From Candidatus Heimdallarchaeota archaeon (GTDB lineage Archaea; Asgardarchaeota; Heimdallarchaeia; Heimdallarchaeales; Heimdallarchaeaceae), in NCBI GenBank assembly GCA_016839945.1, contig JAEOTE010000108.1, positions 1-64,000 of the forward strand: 64,000 nucleotides of DNA, given 5' to 3'. Positions 8,719 through 18,227 of this stretch are shown in pieces; within the stretch, counting starts at the first letter, position 1; each line of letters starts with the position of its first letter. Below the pieces are notes generated by a model that worked only from the letters and a program-made list of their open reading frames with translations, was not told the DNA's origin and did no database searches. Made by a program: the position numbers and the translations under genes.

Positions 8719-9123
8719 TTATAGAATCCTAAAATCTTGAGAGATAAGATCTTTTTGAACTGCTTGAAAGCTCTTAATTGCGTTATCTCTATCAACTTTT
8801 TCTGAAACCTTATCAACACTTTTAAGTATACTTCCTTTGAATTTCCATAACTCCACACTATAAACATAAGCATCTGGTTCTGGTATATGAAGTCCTGATC
8901 TATCATATACATATCCTGATCTTTGTCCGAATGAGAGCATTAAAATGAACCAATAATGAGGTTTTGGATCTTCTTCTGGATTTTCAGATTGCTTTTCAAG
9001 TGATAATGTTTCTTCTATTGTTCCACTTTTAGTATTTGCAGAAAGCTCTAATTTCTTCAAATTTTTATAAACATCTGCAGGTAACTTTCTAGAGGACATG
9101 TAAACAACATAATAAAATGACAT
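8719..9123 (-). CDS. Hypothetical protein (C-terminus loosely WGR-like)
   Basis: ATG start with TTTAAA-type box upstream; 134 aa; divergent from polB. Confidence 0.6.
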   Translation of the reverse strand: MSFYYVVYMSSRKLPADVYKNLKKLELSANTKSGTIEETLSLEKQSENPEEDPKPHYWFILMLSFGQRSGYVYDRSGLHIPEPDAYVYSVELWKFKGSILKSVDKVSEKVDRDNAIKSFQAVQKDLISQDFRIL

Positions 9124-9375
9124 TAACCTATTAAAAATTTAACGTTTCACAGTCATTTTAAACGAAAAATGTATTTTCTCCAATCTATGCGTGTCTAGGC
9201 ATTTTTAACATAAGAATAGATATTTTTTTCTTGGTTTATCTTGAAAAAAAACCAAAAATATGATATTTTTATAGTAAAATCTCTTCTTGCTTTTAAATTA
9301 TTTAAATAAAAAGGGTTTAAATATCACAGAAGTAATAATTTGGTATATAATATAGAGTAGAATAGTGAATTTGGA

Positions 9376-11982
9376 ATGTCAGAATCTCCTTCTCCTATAA
9401 AATGTATGATTCTTGATTTAGATTTCTTTATTGAAGAGAAGGAAAGAGGGAGAGAAGAACCCATTATCAGAATAAGGGGAAAGACAAGGGATAATGAAGT
9501 CATAAATATTCATGTCAGAGATTTCTATCCCTATTTCTATATTGATGACGTTCCTGAGACTACAAATACCATCCAAAGCACTCTGTTTGCTGAAAAGGAA
9601 TTTGAAGAATGGATTCATGATCATTATCAACTTACAAAATATAGGTATTATCAAAACAAACCTATTTATCTTTACAAAATTCTTGGTAGGAATCCTTGGA
9701 GAATACAACATTATAGCAGATTCCTTCTAAAGAAAGATATCAAAAGTTATGAAAATGATATTTCTTATACATCAAGATTTCTAATTGATACGAAATGTAA
9801 AGGTCTTAATTGGATTGAAATTCGCAATTACGAAGAAACCAGACCTACGGAATTTGGAAGAGTCTATGAAGTAAATTATGAAGATGTAATTCCAATTGAT
9901 GAGGATCCTTTCCCACACAATATCTTAAGTTTAGGAATTGTTGTTAATTCCATAACAGATGAAGGCAAAAAAATACAAAATTTTGCTAGTATATTAAGAG
10001 AAGGAGACCAACGAATAATTTCTGCTTGTATAAGCTGGGGACACGAAGAAGGCAAAACAGAACGTAAACATTTCTTACTTGAAAATGAAACAGATAAGGA
10101 TGAAAGGGATCTCCTCCAAAATTTAGTTAATGCTATTCACACTATTTCACCTGATATTATTGTAACATTTGATGGAAACCGAATTGTTTTGCCATATATT
10201 TTCGCTAGAATGGGAAAACTAGGATTGAATCCTGATTCTTTCAGTCCTCTCGAAAATGCTCGAATAAAAAACCCAATTGGTTATCTAGGATATAGAATTC
10301 CAGGATATATCTTCTATGATTTAGTAAAGAGTACTCGTTGGTTAAGAACAAGAAGCGGGAAGAAAGCATTAACTGATTTAGCTTTTGATTTCATAGATTT
10401 TGAAAGAAAAGGAGATTATGATACTGTTAACAATGTATGGTTTGAAGTTGTAAAAAGAAACGACGAGAGCAAGAAAGAAGAGCTTCTGAAGCTTTGTCTA
10501 GAAGATTCTCACATTATTCACTCTTTATTCTTTGCAATGGGTATGCAAGAATGGATCGAAGTTATGAAATTAGTTGGTATAAGGCCATCAGAAGGTATTT
10601 ATTCAACACCAAGACATCTTGGGGAATTTCAATTATTAAGAATTCTTCATCATAAAGATACTCTCATTCCTTCAGAGCCGACTCAAGATGAACTAGCAGC
10701 TAGAAAGAGCACTAGATCCCTAGCAGTAGGAGGTTTTGTACTTGTTCCAAAAGGAACTTTGCATGAAGCGGTTTTAATAGTTGATTTCAGTTCTATGTTT
10801 CCAAGCATTATGGTTGCTTACAATATTGGAGGAGAGAGTTTTGATGGTGCTATATCACTGCCAAATCAAAAATTCAGGAAAGAACCTGACACTGGACTTA
10901 GAATAATGCAGAGACAGGTTCTCACTGAAAGAAAAAACGTTAAAAAACAAATTCATGAACTTCAGACTTTCATACGCTCATATGCTGATAAAAAGAAAAA
11001 AGCATCCTTAGAATCGGATCTTAAAAAATTAAAAATACAATCAAATGCTTATAAGGTTGTAGCAAATTCTATGTATGGGAGTCATAATTACGTAGGGAGT
11101 CGGTTCTATGATACAGAGATATCTAATTCAATCACAAGTATATCAAAGGATCATATTAAGAAAGTAGATCAATGGACGCAAGAATTTTCTGAAAACAAGT
11201 GTCAGGTTATCTATGGGGACACGGATAGTGTGTTCATCAAGCTCTCTGAAAAAGACAAAGTGTTTGAGATTCTTGAAAAGACAAAACAAGGAAAAGTAGT
11301 AACGGTTAAAGATATTCCAGAAGCTGAAAATCTCTTAAATTATTTTGAATCCAAACTTCCAAAAGAAATGTCTTTGGATTTTGTAGATTTAGCATTACGT
11401 ATAGTATTCGCACCAGAAACCAAAAAACGTTATAGCTATATCAGTGCGATGACGGGTGAATTAACTATAGTTGGCTTTGAAGCTATAAGAAGAGATACAT
11501 CTCCTCTAGCTAGAGAGGTACAAACTGCAGCCTTACAAACTGTATTAGAAGAAGGAGACATTAGCAAAGCTCGAAAACAAGTTATCGAAATGTGTTTAGA
11601 TTTCAAGAATCTAGCAACAGATCAAATTTTTGAAAAAACAACTATACTTGGACCTATTCGTAGGAATCCAAAAGAATACAAAAGCAAAACTCCAGCGATA
11701 GGAGCGATTGAAGATTTTGCTAGAATTAATAGTCTTAATATTGAGGAGATTTGGAAAGAGTATGAACGATTTCCTTATGTTATTCACAAAGGAAATGTAC
11801 CATTGTACAAAAGATCAAAACATCCTTCAGTAGCAGATCCTGAGAGAATTGATAGAGAGCATTACATACTTGAAGCTCTACGAGATGTTCAAAGGATAGG
11901 AGTGAAAGTTGAACTAAAGGATATAACTCCCTCTAGTCAAAAAACACTTGATTTTACAAACAGCTTCAAATCAGAAAAATAG
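9376..11982 (+). CDS. polB: Family B DNA polymerase (PolB3-like) with degenerate 3'-5' exonuclease
   Basis: Motif A DFSSMFPS, motif B KVVANSMYG, motif C YGDTDS, KKRY, GFEAIRRD; C-terminal PIP-like QKTLDF. Confidence 0.95.
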   Translation: MSESPSPIKCMILDLDFFIEEKERGREEPIIRIRGKTRDNEVINIHVRDFYPYFYIDDVPETTNTIQSTLFAEKEFEEWIHDHYQLTKYRYYQNKPIYLYKILGRNPWRIQHYSRFLLKKDIKSYENDISYTSRFLIDTKCKGLNWIEIRNYEETRPTEFGRVYEVNYEDVIPIDEDPFPHNILSLGIVVNSITDEGKKIQNFASILREGDQRIISACISWGHEEGKTERKHFLLENETDKDERDLLQNLVNAIHTISPDIIVTFDGNRIVLPYIFARMGKLGLNPDSFSPLENARIKNPIGYLGYRIPGYIFYDLVKSTRWLRTRSGKKALTDLAFDFIDFERKGDYDTVNNVWFEVVKRNDESKKEELLKLCLEDSHIIHSLFFAMGMQEWIEVMKLVGIRPSEGIYSTPRHLGEFQLLRILHHKDTLIPSEPTQDELAARKSTRSLAVGGFVLVPKGTLHEAVLIVDFSSMFPSIMVAYNIGGESFDGAISLPNQKFRKEPDTGLRIMQRQVLTERKNVKKQIHELQTFIRSYADKKKKASLESDLKKLKIQSNAYKVVANSMYGSHNYVGSRFYDTEISNSITSISKDHIKKVDQWTQEFSENKCQVIYGDTDSVFIKLSEKDKVFEILEKTKQGKVVTVKDIPEAENLLNYFESKLPKEMSLDFVDLALRIVFAPETKKRYSYISAMTGELTIVGFEAIRRDTSPLAREVQTAALQTVLEEGDISKARKQVIEMCLDFKNLATDQIFEKTTILGPIRRNPKEYKSKTPAIGAIEDFARINSLNIEEIWKEYERFPYVIHKGNVPLYKRSKHPSVADPERIDREHYILEALRDVQRIGVKVELKDITPSSQKTLDFTNSFKSEK

Positions 11983-12016
11983 TTATTCTTACAAACTATG
12001 TAATTATTTTTAGTGA

Positions 12017-12703
12017 TTAAATCTCAGAGATTTCTTCATAAAGCAAAGCTAAAAGATTCTCTACATCTTTCTTGTAATCTTCAGTTTCCACTAGTTTCTT
12101 TATAGCATTTATTACAGAAAGATTAGTAAATAATAAAATTAAATTCCAAAGTTTATCATCTAGCTCCAATTTATAATCTTCATATAGAGAGTCCATAGTT
12201 TCGTGTGATAAGTCCACTAAGTGCTTAACGATAGATGTAAGAATCTCAATTTTAGGCTCTGTAACATCTTTGAAGAAGTTTTTAGCCATTTTTCTTACAA
12301 TCCTTTCTACAGGTTTTTCTTGAATTGGAATTCTAGATTTTAAATCAGATGAAGCCATATCATTAAATGGATCCCAAGAAATAAGATTAATTCCATCAGG
12401 ATTGTAATTTGCTTTGTAAAACTTTATTGTTTTTTTCATGTTCTTAATAGTCTCCTCCCTAACTACGCGAACAAGCTGAGAATCTAATAAAATCTTAAGA
12501 TGGTGGTGAACTGCTTGTGGGGTACTTTGAACTTTTTCAGCTATTTGAGAAAGATTTAGTTCTTCCCTAATTATATGTCTTAAAATTTCTAATCTTTTGC
12601 TTGATCCCAAAGCTTTACTCATCTCAACTGTTTCTCCCTTCTTCAGGCGTATTATATTCAAATCCTTGACTTCAGTATCATCTGGATTTATCCGTGTATT
12701 CAT
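12017..12703 (-). CDS. ArsR/SmtB-family wHTH transcriptional regulator
   Basis: KALGSSKRLEIL...LSQIAE...PQAVHHHLKIL. Confidence 0.85.
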   Translation of the reverse strand: MNTRINPDDTEVKDLNIIRLKKGETVEMSKALGSSKRLEILRHIIREELNLSQIAEKVQSTPQAVHHHLKILLDSQLVRVVREETIKNMKKTIKFYKANYNPDGINLISWDPFNDMASSDLKSRIPIQEKPVERIVRKMAKNFFKDVTEPKIEILTSIVKHLVDLSHETMDSLYEDYKLELDDKLWNLILLFTNLSVINAIKKLVETEDYKKDVENLLALLYEEISEI

Positions 12704-12873
12704 TTTGATGTATACCTAGTGAAAGTACAACTTTTAATTTTTGTAGTTTTTGGTAGTTTTCCGTTTTTACAGTGTTTTTAGATATTTTTCGATTATGTAA
12801 AATCTTGTTTTGTTTTTCATCGACACCTTTATAGAAGAATAAGACAAGAAATACACGCTTAATAGCAACATCA

Positions 12874-13899
12874 GTGATTCATTTGAAGTTGTTTGAAGCT
12901 GACTATTATGAAAAACGGGACGGGAAGAAGATTCACTGTCTTTTATGCCCTAGAAGTTGTATAATACAACTTGGAAATCTAGGAAACTGCAACGCTAGAA
13001 AAAATAACGATGGAGTTTTGTATGCTCTTGGTTATAATAGATTTACTTCAGTTCATGATGATCCTATTGAAAAGAAACCAATCTATCATTACAAACCTGG
13101 AACTTACACAATGAGTTTTGGATCAGCTGGATGTAACCTTTCTTGTCTCCATTGTCAGAATTTTACAATCAGTCAAATTTCAGCTGAAAATAATAACCTC
13201 ATTGAAGTCTCTTCACAACACGCTATTGATTTATCGCGTAAACATAACTGTGAAACAATTGCTTATACATATAATGAACCATTGATAAATTTTGAATGGA
13301 TAAGAGATACTGGTAAATTAGCTCATGAAAATGGACTTGGTAATATCCTTGTTTCTAATGGATTAATAAATGAGAAACCCTTAGAAGAGTTATTTGGTAT
13401 CATAGATGCAGCGAATATTGACATCAAAGCTTTTACTGAAGAATTTTACAAAAATGTAACAGCCTTTCCTGGGCTCAATCGAATTAAAAAGAACGCTATC
13501 AAGATGTGGGAAAATGATATCCACATTGAATTAACTATGTTATTAATTCCTGAACACAATGATAATCCTTCAGAAATCAGACAGTTTGCTGAATGGGTCA
13601 AAGAATCTATGAGTGATAGGGTTCCTGTACATTTTAGCAGATTTTACCCTCACTACAAGATGCAGCATGTACCAGCTACGCCAGTTGAAACAATTTTAAA
13701 TGCAAAGAAGATTGCTGAAGCTGCTGGATTAAAGTATGTTTATACTGGAAATCTACCTTTCTCTGAAATTAACACAACAAAATGTACTGCTTGCGATGCT
13801 GTCTTAGTTGATCGCACTGGATACCACATTAAGAAGAAGGATCTAAATAAAGAAGGCAAATGTGGAAAATGTGGGAATATATCTGATATTGCTATGTAG
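12874..13899 (+). CDS. amrS: AmmeMemoRadiSam system radical SAM enzyme
   Basis: CLLCPRSC, DPIEKKP, GCNLSCLHCQN, YTYNEP, HFSRFYP, YVYTGN. Confidence 0.92.
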   Translation: MIHLKLFEADYYEKRDGKKIHCLLCPRSCIIQLGNLGNCNARKNNDGVLYALGYNRFTSVHDDPIEKKPIYHYKPGTYTMSFGSAGCNLSCLHCQNFTISQISAENNNLIEVSSQHAIDLSRKHNCETIAYTYNEPLINFEWIRDTGKLAHENGLGNILVSNGLINEKPLEELFGIIDAANIDIKAFTEEFYKNVTAFPGLNRIKKNAIKMWENDIHIELTMLLIPEHNDNPSEIRQFAEWVKESMSDRVPVHFSRFYPHYKMQHVPATPVETILNAKKIAEAAGLKYVYTGNLPFSEINTTKCTACDAVLVDRTGYHIKKKDLNKEGKCGKCGNISDIAM

Positions 13900-13969
13900 C
13901 ATTTTGAATTCTTGGAAACCAGTAGACGAATAATTAAGTTTATAATTACAGTTTTTTAGGAAGAGATGA

Positions 13970-15364
13970 ATGTTAGACACACTAGAACAAGTGATAAACG
14001 AAGTTACGTTGAGTCCAAAGGATTTCTTAGATATAAGGTACTCGCATACGATGGGAGAATCTTTCACTTTCAGAAATGATAGATTTGATAGCGTAAGTAA
14101 CCAAACTATTGGTGGAATTGCAATCAGAGCTTTAATTGATAATGCATGGGGATTTACATCAATTGTAGAAACTGAAAAAGAATCAATTCTGAATGCTGTT
14201 AAGAAAGTAATAAAAATAGCAAAAATCGGTTCAAAGTATACTGATCAAGAAAGGAAAATTAGTGACAAATGGGTTTTTGAGGGAAAAGGATCAACCAAGG
14301 TAAAAATAGATCCAAGGGATATTGATAAAGAAACTAAATTCGAAAAAGTGATAGGGATAGAAAAAGCTGCTCGTAAATATTCAGATAGAATTGCTGAAGC
14401 CTCTTCAACATACCAAGAATCACATAGCAATGAAATCATTGTTAATAATAGGGGAACAAGAATAGAAAATGATGTTCATGTAATTAGGTTAATGAAAAAC
14501 ATAGTTGGGAGAGAAGGAACAAAAATGCAAAATGTGTTTGATTCTACTGGCGGTTCTGGAGGTTGGGAATTGGTTGAAAACTGGGTTCCAGAGGATGAGG
14601 GAATAAAAGCAGCTGTTCAAGCAGAAAAACTACTAAGTGCTAGAAGTCCTCCAAGTGGGAAAATGAACGTGATAATGGATTCTTCATTAACTGGTGTTTA
14701 TATTCATGAAGCTCTAGGTCATGCAGTTGAAGCTGATGGTGTTATCGCTAAATATTCGATTTTGGAAGGAAGGATTAATGAAAAAATTGGTATTGACCAA
14801 CTTGATGTTTATGATGATCCAACCATTCCAACTCTAAGAGGTTCTTACGAATATGATTCTGAGGGAACAAAGACTAAGAAGAGAACAATTATTAAAGAAG
14901 GAATTCTAAAAGGATACTTCCACACTTTGGAAACAGCAACAGCATTAGATATGGAACCTAAAGGTGGTGGAAGAGCTCTAAATTTCAATGTTACTCCTCT
15001 AGCTAGAATGGGAAATACTTACATAGATTCTGGAGACATGAAATTAGAGGAAATTGTTGAAATTGCTAAGGATGGGGTTTATCTAAGAGAAAGTAATAGT
15101 GGTTATGTTGTTCCAGCTAAAGGTCAATTTTATTTTAATTGTCAATATGGTTATTTCATTGAAAATGGAGAAATAACAGATATGATGGGAAATGTTGGGA
15201 TGTCAGGTATGATATTAGAGGTTCTACAGAACACTTTTGCAATTGGTGATAGTTGGGAACCAGCATTTCGAGGTTCATGTGGGAAAATGGGACAATGGAT
15301 TCCTATATCAGGCGGCGGTCCTAATTTGGGTGTTTCAGATTTAGTTGTAGGAGGGAATGTCTAA
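13970..15364 (+). CDS. tldD: TldD-family metalloprotease, catalytic subunit
   Basis: HEALGH zinc motif, YDSEG, RMGNTY, C-terminal GSCGK. Confidence 0.92.
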   Translation: MLDTLEQVINEVTLSPKDFLDIRYSHTMGESFTFRNDRFDSVSNQTIGGIAIRALIDNAWGFTSIVETEKESILNAVKKVIKIAKIGSKYTDQERKISDKWVFEGKGSTKVKIDPRDIDKETKFEKVIGIEKAARKYSDRIAEASSTYQESHSNEIIVNNRGTRIENDVHVIRLMKNIVGREGTKMQNVFDSTGGSGGWELVENWVPEDEGIKAAVQAEKLLSARSPPSGKMNVIMDSSLTGVYIHEALGHAVEADGVIAKYSILEGRINEKIGIDQLDVYDDPTIPTLRGSYEYDSEGTKTKKRTIIKEGILKGYFHTLETATALDMEPKGGGRALNFNVTPLARMGNTYIDSGDMKLEEIVEIAKDGVYLRESNSGYVVPAKGQFYFNCQYGYFIENGEITDMMGNVGMSGMILEVLQNTFAIGDSWEPAFRGSCGKMGQWIPISGGGPNLGVSDLVVGGNV

Positions 15365-16713
15365 TGTCTTCTGAAATCAAACATCATGATTTGGCAAAAC
15401 ATATTATAGACTATGGAATATCTCTCGGTGCAGATCAAATAGAAGCATACGTTTTATTTGGATCAGTTCGTAGTGTTCAAATAGAAAGAGGATCAATTCG
15501 TCGTTTTACAGATAAGAGTAATTCAGGTTTAGGAATTAGACTGATAAAAGATAAATCAATAGGTATGGCTTCAACCACAATTTTCACTTCAGATTCTATT
15601 GAAAGCACTGTTAAAAATGCTTATGCATTAGCCAAAGTTAGTCCTCCAGATCAGAATTTTAATTCTCTTCCAAATGATACTAGACAATCTCAACCCATAC
15701 CTGATAAATTTGACAAAAATATTGCAGAAATGCCAATTGAAGATTTTACAGAAATACTCTTAGAATCTATTCAAGAAGCTACCATCAGAGAGGATGCAGT
15801 TATTAATGGAAATTTCAGTGTAGGATATGGAGAACGAGTGATAATTAATTCACTTGGAACTGAAAGATCTTCTAATCAGACTTCTATTAGTGGTTATTTA
15901 GATGTTAAACTTCAAGATGGAGATGATGTTGGAAATTCATACTATTATGATGCTGCAACTACTCTGAAAAATTTTGATTATATCAAGATAGGAAAAACAG
16001 CTGGAGAAAGAGCTAAAAAGATGCTAGGTTCGAAGAAAATAACTACTGCAACTTTACCTATCTTACTCGATCCAGAGAGTACCTATGGTACAATTGCGAC
16101 TATACTTGCTAGTGGCATTAATGCATTCAGTGTATATAATAAAACAGCATTTTTTATCGATAAAATTGGCGATAAGATATCCTCTGATAAGTTAAACATA
16201 ATTGATGACCCTTTTTATCCTGGTGGTACTGATTCAGCTTCATATGACGACGAAGGTGTAATTCCGCAAAAATTGTCTCTAGTTAAGGAAGGTATTCTTC
16301 AAACATACATTACAGATTCTTATACAGCTCCACTTGTCAACTTGGAAAACACAGGACACGCTTCAAGAGGTTCTTTCGCTGCCAGACCAAGTCCAGCTCC
16401 TTACACCCTTCAAATTGGTAAGGGAAGCACTTCTAAAGATTCAATGTTAGAAGACATGAAGGAGGGGATTTTATTGATATCATCTTCTCTCAATCCTATT
16501 GGAAGGAATCCTCAGATATCCACTCAAATAAATCAAGGATTTTTCGTTAAAAATGGAGAGATTGTACATCCAATTAAAAATGCAGTTATTGGAAGTACTG
16601 TTTTTGATGTTTATGAGAAAATCAATGTTGTTAGTAAAGAAATAGAAAATAGAAGTGGTCATATAGCACCATGGATGGAATTATTACCACTACAAGTAAG
16701 TGGTGGAAAATAA
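15364..16713 (+). CDS. pmbA: TldE/PmbA partner subunit
   Basis: GLGIR, DDPF...YDDEG, TGHASR; no HExxH; TAATG-coupled to tldD. Confidence 0.9.
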   Translation: MSSEIKHHDLAKHIIDYGISLGADQIEAYVLFGSVRSVQIERGSIRRFTDKSNSGLGIRLIKDKSIGMASTTIFTSDSIESTVKNAYALAKVSPPDQNFNSLPNDTRQSQPIPDKFDKNIAEMPIEDFTEILLESIQEATIREDAVINGNFSVGYGERVIINSLGTERSSNQTSISGYLDVKLQDGDDVGNSYYYDAATTLKNFDYIKIGKTAGERAKKMLGSKKITTATLPILLDPESTYGTIATILASGINAFSVYNKTAFFIDKIGDKISSDKLNIIDDPFYPGGTDSASYDDEGVIPQKLSLVKEGILQTYITDSYTAPLVNLENTGHASRGSFAARPSPAPYTLQIGKGSTSKDSMLEDMKEGILLISSSLNPIGRNPQISTQINQGFFVKNGEIVHPIKNAVIGSTVFDVYEKINVVSKEIENRSGHIAPWMELLPLQVSGGK

Positions 16714-16773
16714 TAATTCTTTTTATCTTTTCAAATCAAAAAACTTATTTCTTTGCAAATTATTTTTCTTCTA

Positions 16774-17673
16774 ATGGTAACAATTAGTTTATCTTTTTTA
16801 GCAAATTTTCTTTCTATCCTAGTTAACCTACTTCTTTTACTTCTCAAACTGATTGTTGGATTTATTTTTAATTCTATAAGTTTAGTTGCAGATGGTTTTG
16901 ATTCTGCTCTGGATTTAGTTACTGCTTCCTTTGCAGGTGTAGGTGAAAGAATAAGTAAAAAACCAGCAGATCAATCACATCCTTTCGGTCATCAAAAATT
17001 TCAATTTATTTTCAGTTTTGCAATAGCTCTTACACTATTTTTTTCCTCATATTACATTGCTGATGAGTCTATAAGCCGTTTAATAGAAGGAATACAACTA
17101 GAATTTAGCATCCTTGTACTTATAGCAGCTTTGATTTCTTTTTTTGGAAAAATGATTCTTGCATTAATATTGTATAGAATTGGAAACAAATTGAATTCTC
17201 CAGTTTTTATCGCAAACGCAAAGAATTATAGAACGGATGCTTTTTCTTCAATCTTTGTTATTATCGCTTATATTGGAGTTAGATTCAATGTGATGTGGCT
17301 TGATCCTGCTAGCGCTTTTATTATTGTAGGATTGATTTTATTTACAGGATTAGATATAATTAGAAACGCTCTACCTGATTTATTAGATAAAGGACCCCCC
17401 AAAGAAGTCTTGGATAAACTGAAAAAAATTACTTTATCCTTCAAAGAAGTCAAAGAAGTACATATTATTAGATTAAGATCCCTATTAGGTAAATTCACAG
17501 GTGATTTCCACATACTTGTTGATCCAGAGATGTCAATTTTGGAAGCTCATGCAGTTTCAGAACAAGTAAAAGAAAAACTAGAATTAGAAGAAGAATTCAC
17601 GAATATAATTATTCACATAGAACCTTTTACGCCAGAAGAAGTTTTAGAAGCTAATAATTCAAAAAATATCTAA
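16774..17673 (+). CDS. Cation diffusion facilitator (FieF-like)
   Basis: SLVADGFDSALD, KPADxxHPFGH, NYRTD, C-terminal dimerisation domain (H...H...IHIEP). ATG 16774 preferred. Confidence 0.92.
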   Translation: MVTISLSFLANFLSILVNLLLLLLKLIVGFIFNSISLVADGFDSALDLVTASFAGVGERISKKPADQSHPFGHQKFQFIFSFAIALTLFFSSYYIADESISRLIEGIQLEFSILVLIAALISFFGKMILALILYRIGNKLNSPVFIANAKNYRTDAFSSIFVIIAYIGVRFNVMWLDPASAFIIVGLILFTGLDIIRNALPDLLDKGPPKEVLDKLKKITLSFKEVKEVHIIRLRSLLGKFTGDFHILVDPEMSILEAHAVSEQVKEKLELEEEFTNIIIHIEPFTPEEVLEANNSKNI

Positions 17674-18131
17674 CCTTGTATAGATCTTTCTTTTCTTTTC
17701 CAAGCTTTTGACATTAAGCTTATTTCTCCACTATGTTGATTTAGATGAAATATATACTCGAATAACCAATCTTCAACACTCATTGAATATTCTTTATAAT
17801 TTCTAAGTTCTCCCAAAATTTCATCGCTTAATTTACTGAAATTACTTTCTACATAAGAAACTAGTTTGTCAAATTTTACAACTAATTGTTCATTGGATAG
17901 TTTTTCATCAAATTTTGGTGAACTTTCGCGTTTAACTTGTTTATTCAAAATTACATCTGCAATCCATTTTTGGTCCTGAATACTATGCTGAATAATCCAA
18001 CTAACTGAATTAGTAAATTCATGGATTTTCCATTCCAAGATCTCTTCAGACAAATGCGTAATAAAATCACGAAATGCATCGTGTGATTTTTTTACTAATT
18101 TTATATAGTTTTGTAGTTCATTATTACTCAT
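17670..18131 (-). CDS. DinB/YfiT-like four-helix protein
   Basis: NSVSWIIQH and FHLNQHSGEI His pattern. Confidence 0.75.
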   Translation of the reverse strand: MSNNELQNYIKLVKKSHDAFRDFITHLSEEILEWKIHEFTNSVSWIIQHSIQDQKWIADVILNKQVKRESSPKFDEKLSNEQLVVKFDKLVSYVESNFSKLSDEILGELRNYKEYSMSVEDWLFEYIFHLNQHSGEISLMSKAWKRKERSIQG

Positions 18132-18227
18132 TGATATTTATGAAATTTATTTGTTCTATTTAAAAACTAGGTTTTTCAGAATAACTTACTGAAAGATTTT
18201 TAATTACTTATCCATTATGAAAAATGA

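Noticed and set aside
12874-16713. Radical SAM plus TldD/E as a RiPP biosynthetic cluster
   Set aside because: The radical SAM is AmrS-type, not a SPASM/RRE maturase; no precursor peptide or YcaO is nearby.
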